Positions 39,352 to 48,755 of a stretch of 64,000 nt of DNA are shown here, piece by piece. Source of the DNA: an uncultured Planctomycetia bacterium (GTDB lineage Bacteria > Omnitrophota > Gorgyraeia > Tantalellales > Tantalellaceae); contig CAYPCX010000009.1 of the NCBI GenBank assembly GCA_964409365.1, positions 10,390 to 74,389 on the forward strand. Direction: 5' to 3'. Below the pieces are notes generated by a model. It saw only the letters and a list, made by a program, of their open reading frames with translations, was not told the DNA's origin and ran no database searches. The first letter of the stretch is position 1. Every line of letters starts with the position of its first letter. Both the position numbers and the translations under genes were made by a program.

Positions 39352-40404
39352 TTGAATAAAAGGGCAATAATATCGTTGATAACGGCGCTGGTATTTTCTG
39401 CCGGTCTTTTTTCTTTCTGTCCTTATGTTTCTGCCGTAGACGAAGTGATTACCGATCTTTTTCCGGGCGCGGCCCCGCCCCCGACCGTCAAAGAAAGGAA
39501 GATTGAAGAGGAAGAAGCCGCTCCGACCTACCGTGACCGCACGCAAATAAGCGCTTTTATAGATATCCAGCAGGGCTATGATAACAACGTGGACCTCGAC
39601 CCACGCCGCCACAAGGATGGGTTCCTTCAGACAACCGCTAACGTGGAGGTCACATACGACCAGACCGATACGTTCAAGTTCGTGGCCGGTTCTGACCTTT
39701 TTAATATAACGTACTATAAATACAATATCGATAACATCCTGGACATAACTCCTTACGTAGGGTTCGACTGGGAGATCCTTCCCGGATTTGTTTCAAAGAA
39801 CCGCGTCACTTATGATTATTTCTCGTTCCCCAATGAGAAAGAAGACACTTTTTCAGGCCTAGTCCTTTCGACCTACTTGCGTCATTTTGTCACGGCGGAT
39901 TTTTACCAGGAGGCGGGTTTCGAGTACCTGAGGCGGTGGTATCCCGACCAGAAAGTGACGATGACCAACCTGGAGATAGGCAATGCGGAGCGCGAGGACA
40001 CGCGTTACAGGTACAAGTACAATCTTGGATACTTCACGAAGATGTTCTTCATCCGTCTGGAGAACGGGTTCATTTTTAACGATTCTACCGAGGTCTACCA
40101 GGACTATTATGATTACTGGAACTACAGGGTGAAGCCGGCAGTGATGGTGTTTTTTACCGATAAGTTGTATGCCGACGTTAGTCTTGTTTACAGGCACTTT
40201 ATCTATAAAGACCGTCGCAGTACCGAAGACATCAATGACGTTACCCGCAACAACCTTTTCATATTCAACTCAACGATCTATTTCGATATAACTAAGAACA
40301 TGACCCTGGAGTTCACTTATACCTATACCGAGAATGTTTCCAATGATCCTTTTGAAAAATATTCCGGCAGCATGATCAGCGGAGGCGTTTACTACAGTTT
40401 CTGA
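39352..40404 (+). CDS. Outer-membrane beta-barrel protein
   Basis: Signal peptide, GYDNNV strand motif, alternating aromatic residues, C-terminal GVYYSF. Confidence 0.75.
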   Translation: MNKRAIISLITALVFSAGLFSFCPYVSAVDEVITDLFPGAAPPPTVKERKIEEEEAAPTYRDRTQISAFIDIQQGYDNNVDLDPRRHKDGFLQTTANVEVTYDQTDTFKFVAGSDLFNITYYKYNIDNILDITPYVGFDWEILPGFVSKNRVTYDYFSFPNEKEDTFSGLVLSTYLRHFVTADFYQEAGFEYLRRWYPDQKVTMTNLEIGNAEREDTRYRYKYNLGYFTKMFFIRLENGFIFNDSTEVYQDYYDYWNYRVKPAVMVFFTDKLYADVSLVYRHFIYKDRRSTEDINDVTRNNLFIFNSTIYFDITKNMTLEFTYTYTENVSNDPFEKYSGSMISGGVYYSF

Positions 40405-42317
40405 TGAAGAAATTCGACCGGACCAAACTTGCTTATATCTGTCTTGCCGTTTTCATGGCGGGGCTTTTCCTCTTTTTTTCCTGGGCCAGGGTGTTCGACG
40501 AGTTCGAGTACAGCACGCTGGACTTCAGGTACAGGTTAAGGCCTCCCCAGAAGGTCGACTCGGATATCGTGATAGTGGAGATCGGCGACGATTCCATCGA
40601 AAAACTGGGCAAATGGCCTTTCCCCCGTAATTACCACGCGCTTGTCGTGAATGCCCTCAAATCATCGAACGTAAAGACGATCGTTTTTGATGTTTTCTTC
40701 AGCGAGGAAAAAGAAGGGGACGAGGAGTTCGCCGAGGCCATAAAAGACGCGGGCAATGTGTACCTGCCTTATGTTTTCGAGCTTAACCGCGACCCTCCCG
40801 ACAGGACGCGCGTGTACGCCACCGGTTACGCGGCGGAACTGTTAGATATTTTTAAAAAGGTCGCCAGAGGCATAGGGTTCATAAATGTGGAACCTGACAT
40901 TGACGGGAAGATACGCAGGGTGCCTCCCTTTATCGAGTACAAGAACGTCCTGTATCCGCATATTACGGTGCTTGTGGCGCTGAACAATTTGGGTTACAGG
41001 TTCGACGAGGTTAAGATAATACCCGGCAAAAGGATGATGATCGGCGAAGACCTGGTCATACCCCTGGACAGCGACTCTTCCATGCTGGTGGATTATCCGG
41101 CGGTCTGGGGCAAGGCATTCCGCCATTATTCATACGTGGATATCATCCAGTCGTATCTCGCGGACGTAACGGGACAAAAACCTATACTGGACCTGAACGA
41201 GCTCGGCGGGACCATATGTTTCATAGGTCTTACCGCGACGGCGGCTCCCGACGCCCATCCGTCGCCGATGGAGCCTCTATACCCGGGTATTGGGGTACAT
41301 ACGAGCATTTACAACAGTATAATGAGCAATATCTTTCTCAGAAGGCTTAACAGGTGGTGGAACCTCCTGATACTTATTGTGCTCTGGTTCCTTACCGGAT
41401 ACCTTACCTCAAAGAGCCGGAAGCGTTTCGCTATTCTCTCCATGATCCTTTTAACGGTCCTCTTTATCATGGTGGCCATTTTTATGTTCTGGCCGCTCGG
41501 AATATGGATCGACCTTTTTTATCCGATCATATCGTGTTTGGGAGTCTACATAATTTTTACGTTCAAAAAATACATAACGGAGACACAGAAAAGGGAGATC
41601 ATCGAGAAAGAGCTGAACATCGCCAGGGAGATACAGGAGAGTTTTCTGCCCAAAGAGATCCCGCAGGTCGGGGGGCTCGAGGTGAGCGTAAAGATGCTGA
41701 CAGCCAGGCAGGTTGGCGGGGACCTTTATGATATAGAGCAGCTTGACGACAACAAGCTCGGGATCATGATCGGGGACGTCTCCGGTAAGGGGGTTCCGGC
41801 CGCCCTTTACATGTCAAGGGTGGTCAGTGTTTTCAAGACTTACATGAGGGAAGGAACGGCTTCGGAAGTCGTTAAGAACATTAATAACCGTTTAGTCGCG
41901 GAAGCGGCCAGTAACCTTTTCGTGACACTTGCCTATATGGTGTTCGATACGGAGAAAAAGATAGCCGATTTCGCGATGGGCGGGCACCTGCCGACGATTG
42001 TCATGGAACCGGACGGCAATATAGAGCTTCTTGACGTTTCGGAGGGGATGCCGCTGGGGCTTATAGAAGGGGATTTCTCGCCGGGAAGAAAAGAGTATAA
42101 ACCGGGAAGCATTTTCGTGTTCTATACTGACGGCGTGACGGAGGCTATGAACATAAAGGAAGAGATGTTCGGCCAGGATCGCCTGGTGAAGCTGGTAAAA
42201 GGCCTCAGGGGCCGGTCTACACAGGAGATAGTGGATTCCATACACAAGGTCATCGGGGCATTCGAGGGAAAAGGCAATCAGCATGACGATATCACGGTGA
42301 TGGCGATAAAGACGTAG
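40404..42317 (+). CDS. CHASE2 sensor - PP2C/SpoIIE phosphatase
   Basis: CHASE2 motifs IVIVEIGDDSI..LGKWPFPR, VFDVFF, DIDGKIRR, PGIGVH; 3 TM; VGGDLYD, DVSGKGVPAAL, YTDGVTEA, HDDIT. Confidence 0.92.
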   Translation: MKKFDRTKLAYICLAVFMAGLFLFFSWARVFDEFEYSTLDFRYRLRPPQKVDSDIVIVEIGDDSIEKLGKWPFPRNYHALVVNALKSSNVKTIVFDVFFSEEKEGDEEFAEAIKDAGNVYLPYVFELNRDPPDRTRVYATGYAAELLDIFKKVARGIGFINVEPDIDGKIRRVPPFIEYKNVLYPHITVLVALNNLGYRFDEVKIIPGKRMMIGEDLVIPLDSDSSMLVDYPAVWGKAFRHYSYVDIIQSYLADVTGQKPILDLNELGGTICFIGLTATAAPDAHPSPMEPLYPGIGVHTSIYNSIMSNIFLRRLNRWWNLLILIVLWFLTGYLTSKSRKRFAILSMILLTVLFIMVAIFMFWPLGIWIDLFYPIISCLGVYIIFTFKKYITETQKREIIEKELNIAREIQESFLPKEIPQVGGLEVSVKMLTARQVGGDLYDIEQLDDNKLGIMIGDVSGKGVPAALYMSRVVSVFKTYMREGTASEVVKNINNRLVAEAASNLFVTLAYMVFDTEKKIADFAMGGHLPTIVMEPDGNIELLDVSEGMPLGLIEGDFSPGRKEYKPGSIFVFYTDGVTEAMNIKEEMFGQDRLVKLVKGLRGRSTQEIVDSIHKVIGAFEGKGNQHDDITVMAIKT

Positions 42318-42357
42318 TATCGAGTATCGAGTATCGAGTATGGAGTATCGAGTATTA
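42316..42357. repeat. Heptamer array (AGTATCG)x6 overlapping the upstream stop codon
   Basis: AGTATCG x3, AGTATGG, AGTATCG, AGTATTA. Confidence 0.9.
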
Positions 42358-42370
42358 AGAAGGGGGACGG

Positions 42371-44005
42371 ATGGGTTTGGAGTTGAAAAAACTGGAGGGA
42401 TTCACGCCGAGGAAGGGACCGCTCCTTCTGATAATAATGGACGGCATGGGCATAGGTAAGCAGGACGAGACGAACGCGTTGTACGTGGCCAGGACCCCGT
42501 GTCTTGACAAGCTGTTCAAGAGTGAACTCTTCACCACGTTGAGAGCACACGGCACCGCGGTGGGGCTGCCGAGCGATGATGATATGGGCAACAGTGAGGT
42601 GGGGCATAACGCCTTGGGCGCGGGCCGTGTTTTCGCGCAAGGGGCCAAGAGGGTTAACAGCGCTATAGAGGACGGTTCCGTCTTCAAGACCGAGATCTGG
42701 CAGCGACTTGTCGCAAGGGCCGGGGGAGCGAGCGCGACGTTCCACTTCATAGGCCTTCTTTCGGACGGGAACGTCCATTCACATATCGACCAGCTTTACG
42801 CGATGATCATGAAGTTGGCGGAAGAAGGGGTGCGTAATGTCTGCGTGCATGCGCTGCTCGACGGCCGTGACGTGCCCGCAAAATCCGCCCTTATTTACAT
42901 AGACAAGACCGAGGAAGTCCTCTCCCGTATACGTTCAAAGGACGGGTTCGATTACAGGATAGCCTCCGGCGGCGGCCGCATGGTCACGACAATGGACCGT
43001 TATAACGCCGACTGGAACGTGGTAAAGAGGGGGTGGGAGGCGCATGTTCTCGGTAAAGGGCGCCAGTTCCCGTCCGCCAGGGAAGCCGTGCAGACATATT
43101 ACATAGAGGACCCAGAGATCACGGACCAGTACATGGACCCGTTCGTCATCGCGGAGGACGGTAAGCCCGTAGGGCGCATAGAGAACGGGGATCCGGTGGT
43201 TTTTTTCAATTTCAGGGGAGATCGCGCCATAGAGATCTCCCGCGCTTTTGAAGAAAAAGATTTCAACGAGTTCGACCGTGAATTCGTCCCGGATGTCCTT
43301 TACGCGGGCATGATGGAATACGACGGTGACCTCCATATCCCGAAGCATTTTCTCGTGAACCCTCCGGAGATAGACAGGACGATCTCGGAGTATCTTTGTT
43401 CCGCGCACGTAAGGATGTTCGCGATCTCGGAGACGCAGAAGTTCGGGCACGTGACATATTTCTGGAACGGGAATAAGTCGGGTTACGTATGCAAAGGACT
43501 GGAAAGATATATAGAGATCCCGTCGGATAAGATACAGTTCGATAAAGCCCCCGCTATGAAGGCCCCTGAGATAACCGAGGAGACTATCGGGCTTTTTAAG
43601 GGAGGGGATTTCAGGTTCGGCCGGCTCAATTTCGCCAACGGCGACATGGTCGGGCATACGGCGGTGGCCGACGCTATAATAAAAGGCGTGGAAACCGTCG
43701 ATTCGTGCGTCCGGCGCCTCCTTGAGGTAGTTAAGGAGCTGGACGGTATAGCCATAGTAACGGCCGATCACGGGAATTCCGACGAGATGTTCACCGTCAA
43801 GGACGGTAAGAAGGTGCCGAAGACCGCTCACACGCTCAACCCGGTGCCTTTTATCATATTCGACCCGCAGTACAAAGGCGAGTACAAGATGGCGTCTCTT
43901 TCCGACAGGGGGCTTTCGAACGTCGCCGGGACTATCCTGAACCTTCTGGGGTTCGAGAACGTCGCGGATTACGACCCTTCGCTCATAACTTTCACGCAGG
44001 GATGA
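42371..44005 (+). CDS. gpmI: 2,3-bisphosphoglycerate-independent phosphoglycerate mutase
   Basis: MGNSEVGH, SDGNVHSH, DGRD, NFRGDR, DMVGHT, TADHGN. Confidence 0.97.
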   Translation: MGLELKKLEGFTPRKGPLLLIIMDGMGIGKQDETNALYVARTPCLDKLFKSELFTTLRAHGTAVGLPSDDDMGNSEVGHNALGAGRVFAQGAKRVNSAIEDGSVFKTEIWQRLVARAGGASATFHFIGLLSDGNVHSHIDQLYAMIMKLAEEGVRNVCVHALLDGRDVPAKSALIYIDKTEEVLSRIRSKDGFDYRIASGGGRMVTTMDRYNADWNVVKRGWEAHVLGKGRQFPSAREAVQTYYIEDPEITDQYMDPFVIAEDGKPVGRIENGDPVVFFNFRGDRAIEISRAFEEKDFNEFDREFVPDVLYAGMMEYDGDLHIPKHFLVNPPEIDRTISEYLCSAHVRMFAISETQKFGHVTYFWNGNKSGYVCKGLERYIEIPSDKIQFDKAPAMKAPEITEETIGLFKGGDFRFGRLNFANGDMVGHTAVADAIIKGVETVDSCVRRLLEVVKELDGIAIVTADHGNSDEMFTVKDGKKVPKTAHTLNPVPFIIFDPQYKGEYKMASLSDRGLSNVAGTILNLLGFENVADYDPSLITFTQG

Positions 44006-44031
44006 AAAGGGGCCACATTACCTCATTTCAC

Positions 44032-44060
44032 TTGACTACGGGCGGTTCGGATAATACAAT
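44032..44060 (+). promoter_or_regulatory. Putative sigma70 promoter of tRNA-Leu
   Basis: TTGACT-17 bp-TACAAT. Confidence 0.65.
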
Positions 44061-44084
44061 TAACATTCTAAAATATTTTTGTGT

Positions 44085-44171
44085 GCCGGAGTGGTGAAAC
44101 TGGCAGACGCGCCGGACTCAAAATCCGGTGGGGGCAACCCCATGTGGGTTCGATTCCCACCTCCGGCACCA
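44085..44171 (+). tRNA. tRNA-Leu(CAA)
   Basis: Acceptor stem GCCGGAG/CTCCGGC, anticodon arm CCGGA-CTCAAAA-TCCGG, long variable arm, GTTCGA, encoded CCA. Confidence 0.95.
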
Positions 44172-44191
44172 TGTAAAGGAAGAAGGTACAG

Positions 44192-46081
44192 ATGAAACAG
44201 ACCCTTTTACCCCCGCACGGCGGGTGCGGCCTTATTGACAGGTTCATCCCGGAAGTAGAGAGAAAATACCTTTTTTCGAAAGCCCAGGACCTGAAAAGCT
44301 ACACCATTTCTGACAGTGATCTGGCGGCTTTTTACAGGATCGCCGACGGCGGGTTGTCTCCCCTGGAAGGTCCCATGGGCGAAGAGGAATTCCACAGGGT
44401 ACTTGACGAAGAGAACATCGAGAGGAGCGGCAAGAAATACGCGTGGGCGATCCCCATAGTTTTCCCGGTATCGAAAAGAGATAAAGAGAAACTCGGGGCA
44501 GGCGAGACCGTTCTCATCAAGAACGAGTTCGGGTTCATAATAGGCACGCTCGAGGTATCGGATATCTATCCGTTCGACAAGGATAAGTATAACAGATCCG
44601 TTTACGGCACCGACAGGAGGGACCATCCGGGCCCCCGCATAGTGAACAACGATCCCCGGGACTATCTTCTCGGGGGGAAGATATGGGCGCTTCCGCCGCT
44701 CAATTATCCCCCTTACGGTAAATATATGCTTTCACCGGAAGAGTCAAGGGAGCTGTTCAAAGCGCGCAAGTGGGAAAGGATCGTCGCTTTTCAGACCAGG
44801 AACGCCCTGCACCGCGCGCATGAATACGCGATGGTGTACGGGCTGGAGACACTTACCGGAGAGGGGTATTTTACCGGCGCCGTCCTGAACCCTCTGGTAG
44901 GGACGACCAAATCGGACGACGTTCCCGCCGAGATACGGATGAAGACCTATGAAGCCCTTCTGGACAATAAGCTTTTGGGAAAAGGGGATATCGACACCGG
45001 TCTCTGGAAGAAAAAAGGATACGATATTTATGACCACCTGGTCCTTATAGGCCTTGATATCAAGATGTACTACGCCGGCCCCAAAGAAGCCGTCATGCAT
45101 GCCATATACAGGCAGAACTTCGGGTTCACGGACCTCATAATCGGCAGGAAGCATGCCGACGCGCCTTTTGACGACGGCACTCCCGCGTGGGGCGATTTCG
45201 ACGCCCAGGAGAAGTTCGAGAACCTGAGCGGCGAACTTCTCATCAAGCCGGTCAAGGTGGGGTTCGCTTCCTTCTTCGAGGAGATAGGCAGGGTCGGCCT
45301 TATAGACGAATTCGGCAAAAAAGGATATAAGCCTGTCAGTATTTCAGGCAAGGAGCTCAGGAAGAAACTCCAGGAGAGCCAGCCCGTCGATGAGCGCATA
45401 ATGCGTAAACCGGTCGTTAATATCCTTGAGGAATATTACAAGATCAAGAAAGAGCAGGAGCTCAGCGTAAAGAGCACCAATATCACCTGGCACGAGATGG
45501 GCATCACAAAACCGTACAGGGAGAAAAAGAACGGGCACAAAGGCGCGATCATATGGATCACGGGGCTTCCCAGCTCCGGGAAATCCACGATAGCCGTCGA
45601 GCTTCAGGCGCTCCTTTTCGAGGAAGGCTGCAACGTCTATGTGCTTGACGGCGATAATGTGAGGCACGGCCTGAACAAGAACCTGGGCTTTTCTCCCGAG
45701 GACAGGGAAGAGAACATAAGGCGCGTGGGTGAAGTAGCCAAGCTCTTCGCGGACGCCGGTTTCTTCGTTATAACTTCGTTCATCTCGCCGTACAAAAAAG
45801 ACAGAGACAATGTCCGCAACTCCATGGCGAAGGGGGATTTTGTCGAAGTGTACGTGAAGGCCGATATATCCACATGTGAAAAAAGGGATGTCAAGGGCTT
45901 GTATGGTAAAGCGAAGAGGGGCGAGATCAAGGATTTCACGGGGGTCTCAGCGCCGTACGAGGAACCCGAGGCCCCGGAGGTTGTCCTGGATACGGACAAA
46001 TACAGTAAAGAGGAATGCGGCCAGATCGCCTTCAATTATCTCAAGGACAAGAAGTATATTTTCAAGGAGATCCCCGTTTAA
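44192..46081 (+). CDS. Bifunctional sulfate adenylyltransferase (Sat-type) / adenylylsulfate kinase
   Basis: PPHGG, SPLEG, AFQTRNALHRAH, AGPKEA..HAI.RQNFG, IGRKHA; C-terminal WITGLPSSGKST, LDGDNVRHGL, FTGVSAPYE. Confidence 0.92.
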   Translation: MKQTLLPPHGGCGLIDRFIPEVERKYLFSKAQDLKSYTISDSDLAAFYRIADGGLSPLEGPMGEEEFHRVLDEENIERSGKKYAWAIPIVFPVSKRDKEKLGAGETVLIKNEFGFIIGTLEVSDIYPFDKDKYNRSVYGTDRRDHPGPRIVNNDPRDYLLGGKIWALPPLNYPPYGKYMLSPEESRELFKARKWERIVAFQTRNALHRAHEYAMVYGLETLTGEGYFTGAVLNPLVGTTKSDDVPAEIRMKTYEALLDNKLLGKGDIDTGLWKKKGYDIYDHLVLIGLDIKMYYAGPKEAVMHAIYRQNFGFTDLIIGRKHADAPFDDGTPAWGDFDAQEKFENLSGELLIKPVKVGFASFFEEIGRVGLIDEFGKKGYKPVSISGKELRKKLQESQPVDERIMRKPVVNILEEYYKIKKEQELSVKSTNITWHEMGITKPYREKKNGHKGAIIWITGLPSSGKSTIAVELQALLFEEGCNVYVLDGDNVRHGLNKNLGFSPEDREENIRRVGEVAKLFADAGFFVITSFISPYKKDRDNVRNSMAKGDFVEVYVKADISTCEKRDVKGLYGKAKRGEIKDFTGVSAPYEEPEAPEVVLDTDKYSKEECGQIAFNYLKDKKYIFKEIPV

Positions 46082-46084
46082 AAA

Positions 46085-47890
46085 ATGGATTTCACCGGTT
46101 ATTTTACAATAGCGATAATAGTTGCGATGACGGCAGTGCTTGCGTTAGAACTGGCGCCTTCATCGATAGTGCTGGCCGGGGCGTTGCTTCTATTTCTACT
46201 TACCGGAGTGATCAGTCCCACTGAGACCCTGGCGGGTTTTTCCAACAGGGGTATGATAACCGTGGGCCTTCTTTTCGTGGTGGCCGCAGGTCTTCAGTAT
46301 ACCGGAGCGCTTAACGCCGTGGCAAACAGGTTTTTGGGTAAGACCGCAAAAGGAAACAGGATCTCTTCTCTTTTCAAGATAATGGTGCCAGTTTCATCTC
46401 TTTCGGCTTTCCTTAATAACACGCCTATAGTCGTCATATTTACTCCGATTATCAAAAAATGGGCTGAAAAACTCGATCTAAGCGCTTCTAAATTTCTCAT
46501 ACCGCTCTCGTATGCCGCTATATTCGGCGGTATATGCACTTTGATCGGGACTTCCACCAATCTTGTGGTGCACGGCATGATGCTCCAGAACAATATTCGC
46601 GGACTTTCTATGTTCGAACTCGGCAAGGTGGGACTTCCGTGTGCTTTGTTGGGATGGCTGTACATGGCCTTCATCGGCCAGAGGCTGCTACCCGAGAGAA
46701 AAGACATAATGGAAGTGGTGATCGAGAACAGGAAAGAATATTTTATAGGCATGAAGGTGACCAAGAAATGCTCCGCTATCGGGAAAACTATCTTTGAAGC
46801 GGGCCTCAGGAACCTGAAAAATGTTTATCTTATGGAAATAGAACGGGGCGGAGATGTGTTCGGCCCGGTTTCACCGGATGAAAGGCTAAAAAGCGGTGAT
46901 ATACTGTATTTTGTGGGTGTTACTTCCGCGATCGTGGATCTGCAAGAGATCCCAGGGCTTGTTCCTGCGGCTCACGAGATGTTCGAAGATGATTTCCAGC
47001 GCGGTACGTCTTATTTTGTGGAAGCCGTGGTATCGGATTCATCCCCGATATTGGGAAGGACCGTCAAGGAAGTGGACTTCAGGGACAGGTACAAGGCCGG
47101 CGTTGTCGCCATACACAGGAACGGTGAAAGGATAAAATCAAAGGTCGGGAGTATAAGGTTGCATGCCGGCGACGTGCTTCTTCTTTTGTCCTCGGACGAG
47201 TTCCTCAAGAACTGGTCCGATTCACGCGACTTTTATCTCGTTTCCACGATAAAAAAACAGGAACCCAGGGTTTATCATAAAGCTTTCATGGCGGTGGCTA
47301 TACTTACACTTATGGTCCTGGCCGCCACTTTTGGTTCGAAACTGCCGGAAATAGGAGGGAATAGGATAGGTATGTTCTACGCCGTTGCGGCCGCGGCAGC
47401 CCTCATGATGATAACAAGGTGCGTGACCATAAACCAGGCAAAAAGGTCATTGGACCTGAACGTGCTTATGACCATAGCCTGCGCCTTCGGGTTGAGCAAG
47501 GCCCTGCAGAACAGTGGAGCGGCGGGCGCGATAGCCACTTTTCTGATAAACCTGGTGAAAGGTTTCGGGCCTGTCGGTGTCCTTGTCGCGATATATCTGC
47601 TTACGACCGTTTTTACGGAGATAATAACCAATAATGCGGCGGCGGCCTTGATATTTCCTGTAGCCTATTCCGCGGGAGCCCAGATGGGCGTCGACCCGAG
47701 ACCTTTTTTTATAGCCATAGCGATCGCCGCCTCGGCAAGTTTCGCGACACCAATAGGATACCAGACCAATCTCATCGTTCAGGGCGCGGGGGGGTACAAA
47801 TTCACTGATTACCTTAAGGTAGGATTGCCTTTGAACGTGTTGTTTCTCATAGTCGCGGCGTTTGTTATCCCAATGTTCTGGCATTTTTAA
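46085..47890 (+). CDS. SLC13/DASS family permease with TrkA-C domains (probable sulfate transporter)
   Basis: SAFLNNTPIV, GGICTLIGTSTNL, two TrkA-C repeats, TNNAAAAL, FATPIGYQTNL. Confidence 0.9.
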   Translation: MDFTGYFTIAIIVAMTAVLALELAPSSIVLAGALLLFLLTGVISPTETLAGFSNRGMITVGLLFVVAAGLQYTGALNAVANRFLGKTAKGNRISSLFKIMVPVSSLSAFLNNTPIVVIFTPIIKKWAEKLDLSASKFLIPLSYAAIFGGICTLIGTSTNLVVHGMMLQNNIRGLSMFELGKVGLPCALLGWLYMAFIGQRLLPERKDIMEVVIENRKEYFIGMKVTKKCSAIGKTIFEAGLRNLKNVYLMEIERGGDVFGPVSPDERLKSGDILYFVGVTSAIVDLQEIPGLVPAAHEMFEDDFQRGTSYFVEAVVSDSSPILGRTVKEVDFRDRYKAGVVAIHRNGERIKSKVGSIRLHAGDVLLLLSSDEFLKNWSDSRDFYLVSTIKKQEPRVYHKAFMAVAILTLMVLAATFGSKLPEIGGNRIGMFYAVAAAAALMMITRCVTINQAKRSLDLNVLMTIACAFGLSKALQNSGAAGAIATFLINLVKGFGPVGVLVAIYLLTTVFTEIITNNAAAALIFPVAYSAGAQMGVDPRPFFIAIAIAASASFATPIGYQTNLIVQGAGGYKFTDYLKVGLPLNVLFLIVAAFVIPMFWHF

Positions 47891-47902
47891 CGCTGTTTTT
47901 AG

Positions 47903-47931
47903 TTGACTTGCGATTAAGCGGGTGCTATATT
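47903..47931 (+). promoter_or_regulatory. Putative sigma70 promoter of tRNA-Ala
   Basis: TTGACT-17 bp-TATATT. Confidence 0.6.
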
Positions 47932-47951
47932 GATTTTTCATAAATTCCGGT

Positions 47952-48027
47952 GGGGCTGTAGCTCAGCTGGGAGAGCGCGTGCATGGCATGCATGAGGTCA
48001 GGGGTTCGATCCCCCTCAGCTCCACCA
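47952..48027 (+). tRNA. tRNA-Ala(GGC)
   Basis: 76 nt; GGGGCTG..TAGCTCAGCTGGGAGAGC, anticodon loop AT-GGC-AT, GTTCGATCC, ends CAGCTCCACCA. Confidence 0.95.
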
Positions 48028-48034
48028 ATTTTTG

Positions 48035-48060
48035 AAAGGGGAACCATTGGTTCCCCTTTT
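48035..48060 (+). terminator. Hairpin downstream of tRNA-Ala
   Basis: AAAGGGGAACCA-T-TGGTTCCCCTTTT. Confidence 0.6.
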
Positions 48061-48178
48061 ATATATCCCCTCCTTTACAGGAATCAAATATAGGGATCGA
48101 AGGGAGCCGCTGAACCTCTCCATGGCGCTTCGCTGTCACCTCCTCCTGTTCGGTATTCTGCTTATTTGCATTTTTTTA

Positions 48179-48207
48179 TTGACAAATGAAGAGGTAGGAA
48201 ATATACT
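48179..48207 (+). promoter_or_regulatory. Putative sigma70 promoter of the speD-speB genes
   Basis: TTGACA-17 bp-TATACT. Confidence 0.65.
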
Positions 48208-48330
48208 TTTTCTAAATTACAGGATTATCCTGTATAATATATATAGATCAAGGTGGGTCAGAGATGGTTTTTGTCTCTGTTTTTTTGAACTCTCTGGCAA
48301 AAGCGATAAACGCAAAAATGGAGGCCTGTG

Positions 48331-48747
48331 ATGAGAGAAGTGAGAAAAGAAGCGTTTGGTCCGCATCTGATGCTGGACCTAAGGGAGTGTGTCGCGGAAA
48401 AGCTTCGTGATTATGATCTCATTTTCGAGATACTGCACGACCTTCCGGAAAAGATAGGGATGACCAGGATAACGCAGCCGTATGTCTTTCCTTATTCGGG
48501 GCTGGTCCCGGAGGACAAGGGCATAACCGGGACGGTCATCATAGCGGAAAGCCACATATCTATCCACACCTTTCAGGAGAAGGATTACTGCTTTGTGGAT
48601 GTCTTCTCGTGCAAGGACTTTGACGTGGACTTCGCCGCCAAGTATCTGATAAACGCTTTTGAGTCAAAGAATTACGATAAATACGTAGTGCACAGGGGCA
48701 AGGATTTTGCGAGATTCAGGCAGGCCGAAGAAGTGGCCGTAGCCTGA
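48331..48747 (+). CDS. speD: Pyruvoyl-dependent decarboxylase proenzyme of the AdoMetDC (SpeD/SpeH) family
   Basis: FGPHLMLD, GITGTVIIAESHISIHTF cleavage motif, DVFSC. Confidence 0.85.
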   Translation: MREVRKEAFGPHLMLDLRECVAEKLRDYDLIFEILHDLPEKIGMTRITQPYVFPYSGLVPEDKGITGTVIIAESHISIHTFQEKDYCFVDVFSCKDFDVDFAAKYLINAFESKNYDKYVVHRGKDFARFRQAEEVAVA

Positions 48748-48755
48748 CCATACTG

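Noticed and set aside
44085-48027. tRNA-anchored integrative island
   Set aside because: No integrase and no duplicated tRNA 3' end were found by eye.
48032-48331. 99-aa ORF after tRNA-Ala
   Set aside because: TTG start with no RBS; it runs through a terminator hairpin and a promoter.
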